Position numbers and translations under genes: made by a program. 64,000 nt of DNA from Promethearchaeota archaeon (GTDB taxonomy: Archaea; Asgardarchaeota; Thorarchaeia; Thorarchaeales; Thorarchaeaceae). The first letter of the stretch is position 1. The number at the start of each line of letters is the position of its first letter. The stretch lies in NCBI GenBank assembly GCA_014730275.1, contig WJIL01000132.1, positions 122,026-186,025 of the forward strand, in the 5' to 3' direction. Below are positions 1 to 9,375 of this stretch, piece by piece. The notes under the pieces are model-generated. The model was not told the origin of the DNA. It worked only from the letters and a program-made list of their open reading frames with translations, and ran no database searches.

Positions 1-739
1 GCTGTTTTCTGCGCATACCTTCTACCTGTTCAGCCATCTCCCTCATTTTCTTCCGGATATTTTCAGCGCTCTCTTTTAGGTCCGTTGTATCGATATCTAT
101 GTCATAATGTCTGTTAAGGGTCTCTAGGAGCAAAGCCGCGCCTTCAGGATCTGGCACAACGGCGATAGCTGGAGTTAGAAATGCGAACCCAACCATTGGT
201 CTGCAAAGCGTTTCTGATAAGATGGAGCCTGCAATGCCTGTTATAATGCCTTTTTGGAGCATTTCGACGTTATCATCGGCTTCAAGTTCTTGAAGCTTCT
301 CTTCTTCAGTTGCATACAATACTTTCCGCTTCGATGGGATTCCCTGCACAGGAATGCCATCCAGTATTACGGCTTCCCTTACTCCGACGCTCGCAGCCCA
401 ATCCAAAATTGCACTGCTGACTTCATACATCCCTTCCTCGGCAACTGGGAGCTCCGTTGTTAATACAAGTAGATTCTCATTCTTGCTTGCGTATACTCTG
501 AATGGGTGTCTCAGTCTACCATCAAGAAATACGGCTGCTGATGGAAGGTGTCTAGAACGAAGATGGGCAACTTCTTGCATTTCTAGTTGATCCATTATGG
601 TATTTGCAGCTATAGTCCCAACGACTCCTGCTGATGGAAAACCACATACCAGGAGTGGTTCTTCCATATCGAGTTCTTCAGTCTGTACCATTTTTGCACT
701 GGGTGCGCCTAGGGCCTTGGCTTCACATTCCTCACTCAT
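1..739 (-). CDS. PAC2-family proteasome assembly chaperone-like protein (partial; C-terminus runs off the window start)
   Basis: Not in the ORF track because it has no stop inside the window. Reverse-complement translation from the ATG at 739 gives MSEECEAKALGAPSAKMVQTEELDMEEPLLVCGFPSAGVVGTIAANTIMDQLEMQEVAHLRSRHLPSAAVFLDGRLRHPFRVYASK...VGFAFLTPAIAVVPDPEGAALLLETL... The GFPSAGVVG...HLPSAAVF pattern is typical of the PAC2 (COG1938) family. The frame stays open to position 1. Confidence 0.5.
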   Translation of the reverse strand, partial: MSEECEAKALGAPSAKMVQTEELDMEEPLLVCGFPSAGVVGTIAANTIMDQLEMQEVAHLRSRHLPSAAVFLDGRLRHPFRVYASKNENLLVLTTELPVAEEGMYEVSSAILDWAASVGVREAVILDGIPVQGIPSKRKVLYATEEEKLQELEADDNVEMLQKGIITGIAGSILSETLCRPMVGFAFLTPAIAVVPDPEGAALLLETLNRHYDIDIDTTDLKESAENIRKKMREMAEQVEGMRRKQ

Positions 740-825
740 CTTCGCGAACCTCTTTGAACATATGTATGCTCAGCAATATTAACATTGAGTCTGTGCCAAG
801 CAAACATTGAACGAAGACTATTTTT

Positions 826-2229
826 CTATACATCTCTATAATGTTGCCACTCGAAATCGGTCACACTACGGTTCACGTAATTCAGCCACTCATTCCTCTT
901 CAGGGCAATGAATTCTTCAGCAATTTCATCGCCAATTGCCTGCGTAATAACTTCATCCTCTTCCAGATGACCAAGTGCGGATCCCAGCGTCGAAGGTAGA
1001 GAACCGATACCCATTTTCTCTCGCTCTGTGTCAGACATTCTGAATACGTCTTTTGATACGGGTGTGGGTGCTTCCAGTTCCTTTTCTATACCGTCTATAC
1101 CCGCAGCAATGAGCGCTGAGAACAGGAGATACGGATTCGTGGAGGGATCTGGAGATCTGAATTCTATGGCAGCATCATTCTTGTCTCTGAAGAGTGGAAT
1201 TCTGATTAATGCTGTACGATTTCTGTCGCCCCATGAGATATACACGGGTGCTTCTTGATGTGGTACAAGTCGCTTGTACGAATTCACAGTTGGATTTGCA
1301 ATCGCAGTTATTGCTGGGGCATGCTCAAGTAGACCTGCGACAAACATCTTGGCTGTTTCTGAAAGATTCCCTGAATCATCCGATCCAAATAGATTGTCTC
1401 CGCCTTCCCACAGCTGAAGGTGACAATGTAATCCATTTCCTGCCTCCCCTTCAAATGGTTTTGGCATGAAAGTCACATCGATTCCCTGTTCTAGTGCCAC
1501 AGCCCTGGTGAGATTCTTGAAGAGAAGCAGTGTATCCGCCATATGTCTTGCATCGCTGTAGTTGATTTCAATCTCTTGTTGAGCAGAACCAACTTCGTGA
1601 TGAATGACGCGTAAGTCCATGCCCACGAATCTCAGCGCATTAGAAAGACCAAGAAGATACGATTGAGTTGGGCTTTTTGGATAGATATCGGCATATTGTC
1701 CTTCGTCAAAAGGTCGTCCTTCTGGCGTCAATGCGTAGAACTCAGGCTCGGTCTTGACCATGAGTTGCATATTATCCTTCAAACGATTCTCGCAAACTTG
1801 ATGAAGCCGACCGCGGGTATCTTTAGGGTAGTATTTCTCTTCTTTGCCCTGACCCATTTTTTCTCTGACAAAACACATTACTGCTGCGGTACGAGCATCG
1901 GAATAGGGTAGTTCTACAGCTGTAGCAGGCTCTGGCTGCAGGCGTAGATCAGAGGATTCTACCCTTGAAAGCCCTGCAATGGAACTGCCATCTACACTAG
2001 TGCCCTTTTCCATTATTGGATCGTTCAGGAGTTCTTCAACAGATTTTGCTGGTTCACAAGGTACAGTCATACCCTTGAGCTGTCCATATATGTCAGCTAA
2101 GCGGAACTCTACGTATTCAATCCTATCCTGCAAAGTGGTACGCTCCCAGTTGTGTGCTTTGTCGGACTGATGGTTGATATAAAACTGTCTTTCACCAAAT
2201 CTCGTTGTACCACTTCTCAGCTTCGTCAC
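826..2229 (-). CDS. glnA: glutamine synthetase type I
   Basis: Carries the GS signatures GNGLHCHLQLW, NPTVNSYKRL and DRNRTALIRIP and is ~440-470 aa long. The true start may lie a few codons inside the ORF. Confidence 0.9.
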   Translation of the reverse strand: MTKLRSGTTRFGERQFYINHQSDKAHNWERTTLQDRIEYVEFRLADIYGQLKGMTVPCEPAKSVEELLNDPIMEKGTSVDGSSIAGLSRVESSDLRLQPEPATAVELPYSDARTAAVMCFVREKMGQGKEEKYYPKDTRGRLHQVCENRLKDNMQLMVKTEPEFYALTPEGRPFDEGQYADIYPKSPTQSYLLGLSNALRFVGMDLRVIHHEVGSAQQEIEINYSDARHMADTLLLFKNLTRAVALEQGIDVTFMPKPFEGEAGNGLHCHLQLWEGGDNLFGSDDSGNLSETAKMFVAGLLEHAPAITAIANPTVNSYKRLVPHQEAPVYISWGDRNRTALIRIPLFRDKNDAAIEFRSPDPSTNPYLLFSALIAAGIDGIEKELEAPTPVSKDVFRMSDTEREKMGIGSLPSTLGSALGHLEEDEVITQAIGDEIAEEFIALKRNEWLNYVNRSVTDFEWQHYRDV

Positions 2230-2500
2230 CCAGTTCTAGGCGAACTGCTCCACTGACAACGCTTGGTTTATCATCTTCCGTAACTTCGAAGTTCATACCA
2301 CTGATTCTAAGGGCATCCTTCTCAAGATGTGCATTGTTTATGTTTCTGGCATGCAGTCTTACCCTTCGCTTATCGCCTTCCAAAACGAGCATCAGATCCT
2401 CGTATGAGGCATCGCATTTCATTTTGAAGCTGGAATCGCTGAAGTCTCCCTGATGTGTGACAAGATTCTCCAGCTTGACCTTGATATTGGAAGCTTTCAT
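2192..2500 (-). CDS. hypothetical small protein (102 aa) immediately upstream of glnA and overlapping it
   Basis: Intact ORF on the same strand as glnA. Its stop lies 38 nt inside the glnA ORF-track start. I recognise no family. Confidence 0.3.
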   Translation of the reverse strand: MKASNIKVKLENLVTHQGDFSDSSFKMKCDASYEDLMLVLEGDKRRVRLHARNINNAHLEKDALRISGMNFEVTEDDKPSVVSGAVRLELGDEAEKWYNEIW

Positions 2501-2607
2501 TCAAAACCCCTTACATTCCTTCATTGCTAGACGACCTTATGAATTTCGCCTTCAGTGCTGTAACAAGCTCGCTCAAAAGAAAGATTAGGAATCTTTCATG
2601 AATAAGG

Positions 2608-3432
2608 ATGAATGCAATGATTGACGGCCTTCATATTGGAACAAGTGGTTGGTCCTACAAAGATGACTGGAAGGGTATATTCTATCATTCAGGCTCTGCG
2701 CTATTAAGGCAGTATCTTTCCTATTTTGATACTGCAGAAATCAACTCTACATTCTATGCTCTTCCCAAGCCTTCATTCATTCGATACCTTGCAGACGCAA
2801 TCCCGGAGAGCAAGTTTTTCACTGCTAAACTGCCCAGGGATGTAACACACGATCATCGATTGCGGCTCAATGGTGCGGCTGGTGAAGTTCTGCAACGTTT
2901 CTTCAAATTGATGAAACCATTAGGCAACAAGCTGCAGGCATTGCTCATTCAGCTGCCCCCTTGGAAGAAGTCCTCAATGGGCAATTTGGAAGCCTTCTTG
3001 TCCGCACTAGATGAATCCTACCGGTATGCCATAGAATTCCGGCACAGAAGCTGGTTAGAAAAGAAGACTTGGTCATTGCTGGAAGACTACAATATCGCGA
3101 ATGTTGTAGTAGATGAACCAAAACTACCAATCGATCTTCGTACTACCACAGACTTCACGTATATTCGATGGCATGGTCATGGCCAGAATCCTTGGTACGA
3201 TTATCTCTATTCGGTTGAGGAGCTGAAGGATTGGGTTCCTAGACTTCATAATCTCCAAGAAAAAGTGGATTCCGTTTTAGGTTATTTCAACAACCATTTC
3301 GCAGGCAATGCCCCTCTGAATGCTTTTCAGATGCTGAGAATCTTGGGAAGAATCACTGAACGTCAAGAAATGAAACTGGAAAGAATGCTTCAATATACTT
3401 CAGTAGAACAGACATCAATTGACGAGTTCTGA
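2608..3432 (+). CDS. DUF72 (UPF0759) family protein
   Basis: N-terminal IGTSGWSYKDW motif is diagnostic of DUF72. The length (~270 aa) fits. Confidence 0.8.
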   Translation: MNAMIDGLHIGTSGWSYKDDWKGIFYHSGSALLRQYLSYFDTAEINSTFYALPKPSFIRYLADAIPESKFFTAKLPRDVTHDHRLRLNGAAGEVLQRFFKLMKPLGNKLQALLIQLPPWKKSSMGNLEAFLSALDESYRYAIEFRHRSWLEKKTWSLLEDYNIANVVVDEPKLPIDLRTTTDFTYIRWHGHGQNPWYDYLYSVEELKDWVPRLHNLQEKVDSVLGYFNNHFAGNAPLNAFQMLRILGRITERQEMKLERMLQYTSVEQTSIDEF

Positions 3433-3504
3433 GCCTGTTTTCAGTACAATGAAAAGTATAATAGGCAAGTCATCAGTGCCATGACAAATCAGGAGATTTA
3501 GACA

Positions 3505-3711
3505 ATGAGTTTTGATGATAGTACTAGGCCAGTTGTGAAATCCCCGGATTCAAAATCTCTGAGAACAGGTCGGGGATTCAGCCGAAAGGAGATTTCCGAA
3601 GCAGGGCTTACTGTTCATCAAGCCCGCACCATAGGTCTCGTTGTTGATTTAAGGCGTCGCACTCAATACTCTGAGAATGTGGAAAAAATAAAACAATACA
3701 TAGAAGGATAA
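3505..3711 (+). CDS. rpl13e: ribosomal protein eL13 (L13e)
   Basis: 68 aa, basic. RTGRGFSRKEISEAGL...VDLRRRT matches the L13e core GRGFSLxELxxAG. Confidence 0.65.
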   Translation: MSFDDSTRPVVKSPDSKSLRTGRGFSRKEISEAGLTVHQARTIGLVVDLRRRTQYSENVEKIKQYIEG

Positions 3712-3752
3712 AATTAAGGTCATTCAAGCCGCTTTGAATTTGCATTTCGGCG

Positions 3753-4853
3753 GTGATAAGGCTGGAACTTGATTCTTTACTGTACACGCTCTCTCAATCG
3801 TTCGATTTTGGTCGTCCAGTTGTATTGCCCGACTTCTTTGTGGATCACTATGTAGTTTATCCATCATACGATAGATTCGTAGATGGCTTGAACCGCTTAG
3901 CAGCTCAAGGTGGGGGGAATCTCATGGGTACCGATCAGTTCATCCGACGGGGAGGAAATGCGGTTAATACTGCTTCTGCATTATTGGCACTTGGTGTTCC
4001 ACCTTGTCTTATTGTGAAAACAAGTGAGTGGGGAAAGGCACTCATGAAAACTCTTGTTCATCCAGACCTTAAATTAGATCATGTTCATACAGACGGCTCG
4101 CTTTCACACACGGTATCAATAGAAACAACCTATGACAAACGAGATGTCAATCTAATGGTAAGCGATAGTGGGGCAGCAGCTAATTTTCAATTTAGTGACT
4201 TGACGAAGAGTGATTTTGAGTGTATCTACGCGAGCCCCCTTGTGGCGCTCCTCTGTCTGAACCACAATCGGAATGCACCTGTTCTTGCTGAAGACCTCTA
4301 TAGTGCCATTCGCGAACATTCGGATGCACTTACTTTCATGGATATGGGAGATCCCTCTAGCAATCCATCCATTGTTGAACCCCTTGTCAAACGCGTATTA
4401 CTGAAGGGACTCGTAGATATTCTGAGCGCAAATGAGAATGAAATCTGTTATTTTGCGAACAATCTTCCTTCGAATGATGTTGACTGGCTGAAAGCTAGAC
4501 ACGATCCAAACAAATGGCTGAAGGCTGCTGAATTGGTGGCTTCTAGATGTGCTATTCGGGTTGATTTGCACACCCCTTTCTACAGCGCTTCGGTCACATC
4601 CGATTCGGTCACTAGTGTGCCAGCCTTTGAGGTGGAAAGCCGAGTTGTTTGTGGGGCGGGAGATGCTTGGAATGCAGGATCCATTCTTGGAACTCTGTTA
4701 GGTCTTGATGCGAAACAGCGGTTGTTGTTGGCAAATTCAGTTGCAGCTCTTTATGTGAACTCATCCACTACTGAACATCCTTTGCTTCAGGATGTCATTT
4801 CCTTTCTTGAGAATCCTCCACCTATGCAAGAGCCAATCAGAAAAGCTACTTAA
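3753..4853 (+). CDS. PfkB-family carbohydrate/nucleoside kinase (ribokinase-like)
   Basis: N-terminal GGNAVNTASALLALG (GG motif) and C-terminal CGAGDAWNAG (GAGD anion-hole motif) are characteristic of PfkB kinases. Confidence 0.75.
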   Translation: MIRLELDSLLYTLSQSFDFGRPVVLPDFFVDHYVVYPSYDRFVDGLNRLAAQGGGNLMGTDQFIRRGGNAVNTASALLALGVPPCLIVKTSEWGKALMKTLVHPDLKLDHVHTDGSLSHTVSIETTYDKRDVNLMVSDSGAAANFQFSDLTKSDFECIYASPLVALLCLNHNRNAPVLAEDLYSAIREHSDALTFMDMGDPSSNPSIVEPLVKRVLLKGLVDILSANENEICYFANNLPSNDVDWLKARHDPNKWLKAAELVASRCAIRVDLHTPFYSASVTSDSVTSVPAFEVESRVVCGAGDAWNAGSILGTLLGLDAKQRLLLANSVAALYVNSSTTEHPLLQDVISFLENPPPMQEPIRKAT

Positions 4854-4861
4854 ACAAAGAA

Positions 4862-4895
4862 CCGGAATATAGTCAATAGTAGTCTATTCTTCCGG
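4862..4895. promoter_or_regulatory. inverted repeat (CCGGAATATAG ... CTATTCTTCCGG) between PfkB kinase and roadblock module 1
   Basis: Arms of about 10-11 bp flank a 12-bp spacer, ~20 bp upstream of the 4913 start. It is not followed by a T-tract, so it is unlikely to be a terminator. It is a possible operator. Confidence 0.3.
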
Positions 4896-4912
4896 ATGGA
4901 AGTGGAACGACT

Positions 4913-5794
4913 TTGGATTTGGATCACGTCTTTGGGAAGCTGCGATTCGATGAATCGGTCAGTGCATATTCGCTATTTACCAATGATGGTGAGCCATTCC
5001 TGTCATTCTCGATGCCCGAGACCATACTCCCGCAGCTCAAGGGAACTATGAAGGCCCATTCATCATCATTAAGAATGGTGAATGTTCTAACAAGCGCTGG
5101 TACGGTTGTTCTTTCGAGAGTTGACCCAAATTGGGTGCTTGGCGTTCTATTTGTGCCCGAAAATCCCCTCGGTGCATCGCTTCAAAGCACAAGGGATGTA
5201 GTTGAGGATTTACAAGAAACCGATCTTCCGGATCCACCTCAACCTTCTGTAGATTCTACCGAGAAAACCTCGGAGCCGGTGGGTGAAGTCTCGGAATCCG
5301 AGGAACCTCAGGATATTACGGTTCGGCACGGCTGTATTGTTCACAAAGGTGAGCAATATGGTCAAGCTACCATGAGCGATTCTGAACTACGAAAAGCCAT
5401 GACTGACCATTTCGGCAATTTAGCCTTGGATGTTCTTCTCATGGTAGATGAGAAACGGACCATATTCCAGATAGCTGAATTGCTCGACAAGCAAGTTGAC
5501 AGGATTATTCCTTTAGTTGAATGGCTTGTGCCAAGACAGGTCGTCTGGGTACAATGTCCATCAGAACAGGAGACGGGAGCTAGAGAAATTGTAGAATGCC
5601 CTGTTTTCAGCGGCGATTTCGGAAAAGCAAAGCGGGAACATCGAGAGGTTCTTGAGCTTTGTGATGGCAATCATACAGTTCAGGAAATCGCTGAAGAATT
5701 GAACCTGCAGTACTTCCAGGCTTTGCAGGCTATCGTTCCTTATCGTGGCAAGAGCGTGAAGTTCGTCCGTACGAATAGAATACAACAGAAATGA
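4913..5794 (+). CDS. roadblock/LC7 (MglB-like) domain protein with acidic linker and C-terminal winged-helix-like domain (paralog A)
   Basis: The N-terminal ~100 aa follow the roadblock pattern: a beta-strand with DG (SLFTNDGEPFL) and a late hairpin AGTVVLSRVDPNWVLGVLFVPENPLG that resembles MglB ...HALLVLVFDETAPLG. An acidic, P-rich linker follows. The C-terminal domain carries the conserved LELCDGNHTVQEIAEEL. It is a paralog of 7801-8808: both share KLRFDE near the N-terminus and CDGNHT near the C-terminus. Confidence 0.5.
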   Translation: MDLDHVFGKLRFDESVSAYSLFTNDGEPFLSFSMPETILPQLKGTMKAHSSSLRMVNVLTSAGTVVLSRVDPNWVLGVLFVPENPLGASLQSTRDVVEDLQETDLPDPPQPSVDSTEKTSEPVGEVSESEEPQDITVRHGCIVHKGEQYGQATMSDSELRKAMTDHFGNLALDVLLMVDEKRTIFQIAELLDKQVDRIIPLVEWLVPRQVVWVQCPSEQETGAREIVECPVFSGDFGKAKREHREVLELCDGNHTVQEIAEELNLQYFQALQAIVPYRGKSVKFVRTNRIQQK

Positions 5795-6312
5795 ATGAGG
5801 TTGATATTATGGGGTTGAAAGGAAGACTGGCTTGGGCCTTGAAAATTGATAAAGTTGCTAAACCACTGTTCCAATCGGTGTATAGAGAATTGATGAATCA
5901 TCTAATTCAACAATCCGAAAATGTGGATGTAATCAATCACCAATTGAAGGAAATTGGTTTTCGTGTAGGTGAACATTTGCTCATGGACTACGCGGAGAAA
6001 ATACGTGAGCATGCAGGGGAATTTCATGAATTCGCATCGACGCTTAATCTAGCCTACAAGGTTAATTCAGGCCACGATTTCTCCGATATCTGGATTAGCG
6101 ATGACAAGAATACGATTAAATTTACGGACAACAATTGCCCAATCTGTGAAGATGTTGAAATAACTGATATGCCTGGCTTGGAATACTGCAACCTCGTGAG
6201 TGGGGTATTTCAGGCAGTACTTGATCTACGCGGGTTCAAGGGTGAATCATATCAAGAGTCTTGTCAGGCTGTGGGCGATGAAACATGTATTTGGACAATC
6301 AAATCCATTTAA
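5791..6312 (+). CDS. V4R-domain protein (COG1719; TRAPP/Bet3-like fold)
   Basis: C-terminal NNCPICEDV...YCNLVSGVFQAVLDLRGFKGESYQESCQAVGDETCIWTI matches the V4R pattern CxxC ... G.l.G ... E.xC.A.GD..C.F. The start overlaps the upstream stop by 4 nt (ATGA). Confidence 0.7.
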   Translation: MNEVDIMGLKGRLAWALKIDKVAKPLFQSVYRELMNHLIQQSENVDVINHQLKEIGFRVGEHLLMDYAEKIREHAGEFHEFASTLNLAYKVNSGHDFSDIWISDDKNTIKFTDNNCPICEDVEITDMPGLEYCNLVSGVFQAVLDLRGFKGESYQESCQAVGDETCIWTIKSI

Positions 6313-6435
6313 TAAATGGAATTGTCCTTGGTGGATGATTTTCGGTTCTCTTTCATTTTACAAATAAGGCCGTATAGAATAACCCTAAATGTGTAGGTGT
6401 TGGAAGAATCTCTGTAAGCACGGAGGACCTAAATT

Positions 6436-6954
6436 TTGGGACAGAAACTTGGCATCATCATTGGTCTTGTAACAGCTTATGCAATTGTGTTTGCTATTCT
6501 TGCTTTCGGCACCTTCGTACCAGAAGATGTCATCGATTCAGTAGTAGTCACAGATTTCTTGACACGAAATGACCTTGAGCTAAAAATTGCCATTACAAGC
6601 ACCGTTCTTTTTCCAAGTGCTTTAGGCTCAACCAGCTTGGGCTCTTATCTTGGTTTCGGAGCTCAAGGTGCCAGTGTTCTCATGTTTCTGGCATGGGGTA
6701 CTGCAGGATTGGTGGCTGGTCTTGTAGCACGCGGGATTCCAGATGCGGTTATGGCATCAATTTTCGCTGTTGTTGTAGGAGCTGTTCTGAATTGGTTGCT
6801 TGTTTTCTTCATATCTCCAGGTGTTGATTTTGCCGCCATCTTTGGTACAGCTTCTCTAATCATTCTTCAGATCCTCTTAGAAGCAACAATCTACCCGATA
6901 ATTGGAGCAACTATTGGCGGTGTCTTGGGAGGAGCAATCACTCGAAAACGTTAG
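6436..6954 (+). CDS. hypothetical polytopic membrane protein
   Basis: Four or five hydrophobic helices, rich in Gly and Ala. No family recognised. Confidence 0.45.
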   Translation: MGQKLGIIIGLVTAYAIVFAILAFGTFVPEDVIDSVVVTDFLTRNDLELKIAITSTVLFPSALGSTSLGSYLGFGAQGASVLMFLAWGTAGLVAGLVARGIPDAVMASIFAVVVGAVLNWLLVFFISPGVDFAAIFGTASLIILQILLEATIYPIIGATIGGVLGGAITRKR

Positions 6955-7553
6955 GAATGGATTTCTTCTTGTTTTGGTATATCAGTATCTGAACCATGGA
7001 GAACTCGTCCACATTCTGCACACAACATAGGTTTCGATTTGTAGATGGCTCCACACTCGCATACAGTACGGATTTGCTTAGGCGGCTCAGGTTCTTCTTC
7101 AGTTACCAATCTTCCCTTGATATGGACTACAAGTGCAGCAGTTGGAACTGACAGAATTGCCGTGGGCATAGCTTGAATGAACTGAGATAAAAGAAACGAA
7201 TTTCGTTCAAGCATGTCACCAAACCACATTGACGGATTCTGCAAAAATACCGATAAAACTGACAGCACCCCGATAATCCCCCCTATCCACAAAGCGGTCC
7301 TGATAGTATTGCCTTCTGATACAGAAAAAATGCCTGCTATGATTCCAGCGATTAACCAGATGGAAATGTAGGTTATGATTACATTCGAATTCAGGATAAC
7401 CGATATCGCTGAATTGAGTGTAGCTCCTCCAGCAATAAGAAACCCGATTGTATCAAATGGTGACGGATATGCGGGAACACTTACTTGCATGAGTGCGACT
7501 GCCAAATACGATCCTAGCACAACTGAGGTGATCGCCCCCATTAGGTTTCTCAT
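6951..7553 (-). CDS. membrane protein with C-terminal zinc-ribbon
   Basis: N-terminal hydrophobic helices and a C-terminal CECGAIY...CAECGR (Cx1C...CxxC) ribbon. Convergent with 6436-6954 and overlaps it by 4 nt. Confidence 0.45.
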   Translation of the reverse strand: MRNLMGAITSVVLGSYLAVALMQVSVPAYPSPFDTIGFLIAGGATLNSAISVILNSNVIITYISIWLIAGIIAGIFSVSEGNTIRTALWIGGIIGVLSVLSVFLQNPSMWFGDMLERNSFLLSQFIQAMPTAILSVPTAALVVHIKGRLVTEEEPEPPKQIRTVCECGAIYKSKPMLCAECGRVLHGSDTDIPKQEEIHS

Positions 7554-7738
7554 TCTGTGATATCCACCTTCTCTGGTACTACCCGAGTGATTATTGCCCC
7601 CTCTTAATCTTTTGTCAGTATGACATTACCGTTTTACTGATGTTGATATCCGGTATATCACCTTTACATTGATTAGGACCGATTGAAACTGTTATCATGG
7701 CGAGGACTTGACCGCAATGCTTTTCAGATTGCCGCCGA

Positions 7739-7752
7739 TGCATTGCAATGCA
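7739..7752. promoter_or_regulatory. perfect 14-bp palindrome TGCATTGCAATGCA ~50 bp upstream of roadblock module 2
   Basis: The motif is its own reverse complement. It sits in the 247-bp intergenic region upstream of 7801. It is a candidate operator for a dimeric HTH protein. Confidence 0.3.
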
Positions 7753-7800
7753 GATCCGGGTTGATGTCTGTCCTACTGCCCCCGAAGAGGTGCACATAAA

Positions 7801-8808
7801 ATGGCTAGTGATTTAGAGCGAGCTCTATCCAAGCTTAGATTCGACGAACAGGTGCTTGGCTATTCCTTAATGACGAAGGTTGGCAGACCATTTGTTAGCT
7901 TCTCATTTCCTGATGAGCTTTTCCCACGAGTAAAGGACAGTATCGCTCTCTACGAGTCTGATTTGCGTCTCATGACTATTGATACCGAACGAGGGCTTGT
8001 CGTATTATCCCCGGTTGATAGCAACTGGATTCTTACAGTTCTCTATGAACCGGAACTGCAGCTTGGACTTGCAATAGCTAAAACAAAGAATGTGCTTCGG
8101 TTACTAGAAGGCATTGAGCTCCCCCCTCCACCTGATGAATTTGAGGAGTCCGCGGAATCTAATTTGGAGGTTTTGGAGAGTATTGCAATACAGGCAGCTT
8201 CCACGGAAACAGAACCAGCCCCGTCCGAAGCTCAACCTCAACCAGCTCCTCAGGCAGAACCTGTAGAAAAAGAACTCGAAGAAGAAGCTGAACCAGAACC
8301 TGAGCCAGAAGAGGAGCTAAAACCAGGAGATTTCAATGTTAAGCCAGATACTATACCAGAGCGTCACGATAAATACTCTCATGCATTGTCTCTAGACTCG
8401 GACTTGTACAAAGAGATGAAAGAGAAGTATCGTAATTTCGGTTTTGATGTCTTGATGCTTGTTGATGATAGAACCAGTGTCGAGGATATCGCTGATGCTA
8501 TGCTACAACCCCATGAACGAATCATGGAATTGTTGCGTTGGGCTGCCGCAAAGCGGATTGTTGATTTGCCTCGCGCAGAGAGAGCTGAAGGGGGCGAACG
8601 CACAATGGGTCGGTTTGTCAAGTGTCCCCATTACAAAGGCAAGGAATCGAAAGTTGATACAGAAGATCGGAACATAATTAGTCTCTGTGATGGGAATCAT
8701 ACACCAGAACAGATTGCTGAGGCAACTGAAGAGCCTCTCAGCAAGGTTATTCGAGTAATTGCTAAATACCGGAAAGAAGGTCTTGTCATGATTGGCAAGA
8801 CTCTGTAA
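7801..8808 (+). CDS. roadblock/LC7 (MglB-like) domain protein with long PEPEPE acidic linker and C-terminal winged-helix-like domain (paralog B)
   Basis: N-terminal KLRFDEQVLGYSLMTKVGRPFVSF...ERGLVVLSPVDSNWILTVLYEPELQLG follows the roadblock/MglB pattern. A ~90-aa Pro/Glu-rich low-complexity linker follows. The C-terminal LCDGNHTPEQIAEA is shared with 4913-5794. Confidence 0.5.
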   Translation: MASDLERALSKLRFDEQVLGYSLMTKVGRPFVSFSFPDELFPRVKDSIALYESDLRLMTIDTERGLVVLSPVDSNWILTVLYEPELQLGLAIAKTKNVLRLLEGIELPPPPDEFEESAESNLEVLESIAIQAASTETEPAPSEAQPQPAPQAEPVEKELEEEAEPEPEPEEELKPGDFNVKPDTIPERHDKYSHALSLDSDLYKEMKEKYRNFGFDVLMLVDDRTSVEDIADAMLQPHERIMELLRWAAAKRIVDLPRAERAEGGERTMGRFVKCPHYKGKESKVDTEDRNIISLCDGNHTPEQIAEATEEPLSKVIRVIAKYRKEGLVMIGKTL

Positions 8809-8837
8809 TTTACAATTAGGTTTGAGGTAATCCCAAA

Positions 8838-9314
8838 ATGGTTAGAGTCAGAAATCCCTTACTGGTAACTTTGTACTCTCGAATCGTTGACAAGGTCTTG
8901 GCCACGACCGACAGTATTGAAGAAGCTAATGATGAACTCCGAGAAGTAGGCCGAAGCATCTCAACCAATTTATATCTAAATACCGAAGTCGCTCAGAATA
9001 CAAAAGAGACTATCCAGACTAGGGAAGACGTGTCAAAGTTAGTAGAGGTAGTTTTCAGAGAGCTTTATGATAGAAGGCCCGATGAGATTGATATGGATAC
9101 CGCCCGCGGAAGCGTACGAATCACGGACGAAGAATGTGTATGGTGTCAGGATGTTCATCTTGAAGGGATGAGGGGATTTGGGTACGGTGAGATTTTCAGC
9201 GGTATTCTGGAGGCAATCTTGGAGCTCAAGGGCGTCGATGCCAAAGTCTTCCAAGAGATGTCTCGAGCAACGGGCTCTGATCGCTGTACATGGAATGTGC
9301 GTCTCGTCTGGTGA
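8838..9314 (+). CDS. V4R-domain protein (COG1719)
   Basis: ECVWCQDVHLEGMRGFGYGEIFSGILEAILELKG...SRATGSDRCTWNV shows the V4R cysteine pattern. Confidence 0.7.
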   Translation: MVRVRNPLLVTLYSRIVDKVLATTDSIEEANDELREVGRSISTNLYLNTEVAQNTKETIQTREDVSKLVEVVFRELYDRRPDEIDMDTARGSVRITDEECVWCQDVHLEGMRGFGYGEIFSGILEAILELKGVDAKVFQEMSRATGSDRCTWNVRLVW

Positions 9315-9375
9315 TGTCTTAAGTGTGGTAATCACAATAAAGCACATATGAGATGGCAGTATCACTTAGTAAGGA

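Noticed and set aside
254-782. Three plus-strand track ORFs (254-463, 354-590, 597-782)
   Set aside because: They lie antisense to a continuous, motif-bearing minus-strand reading frame (the PAC2-like gene). They have no recognisable features.
8160-8340. GAACCAGAACCTGAGCCAGAAGAG periodic repeat
   Set aside because: It is in frame within the roadblock-WH paralog B and encodes a PEPEPE acidic linker. It is not a CRISPR or non-coding repeat.
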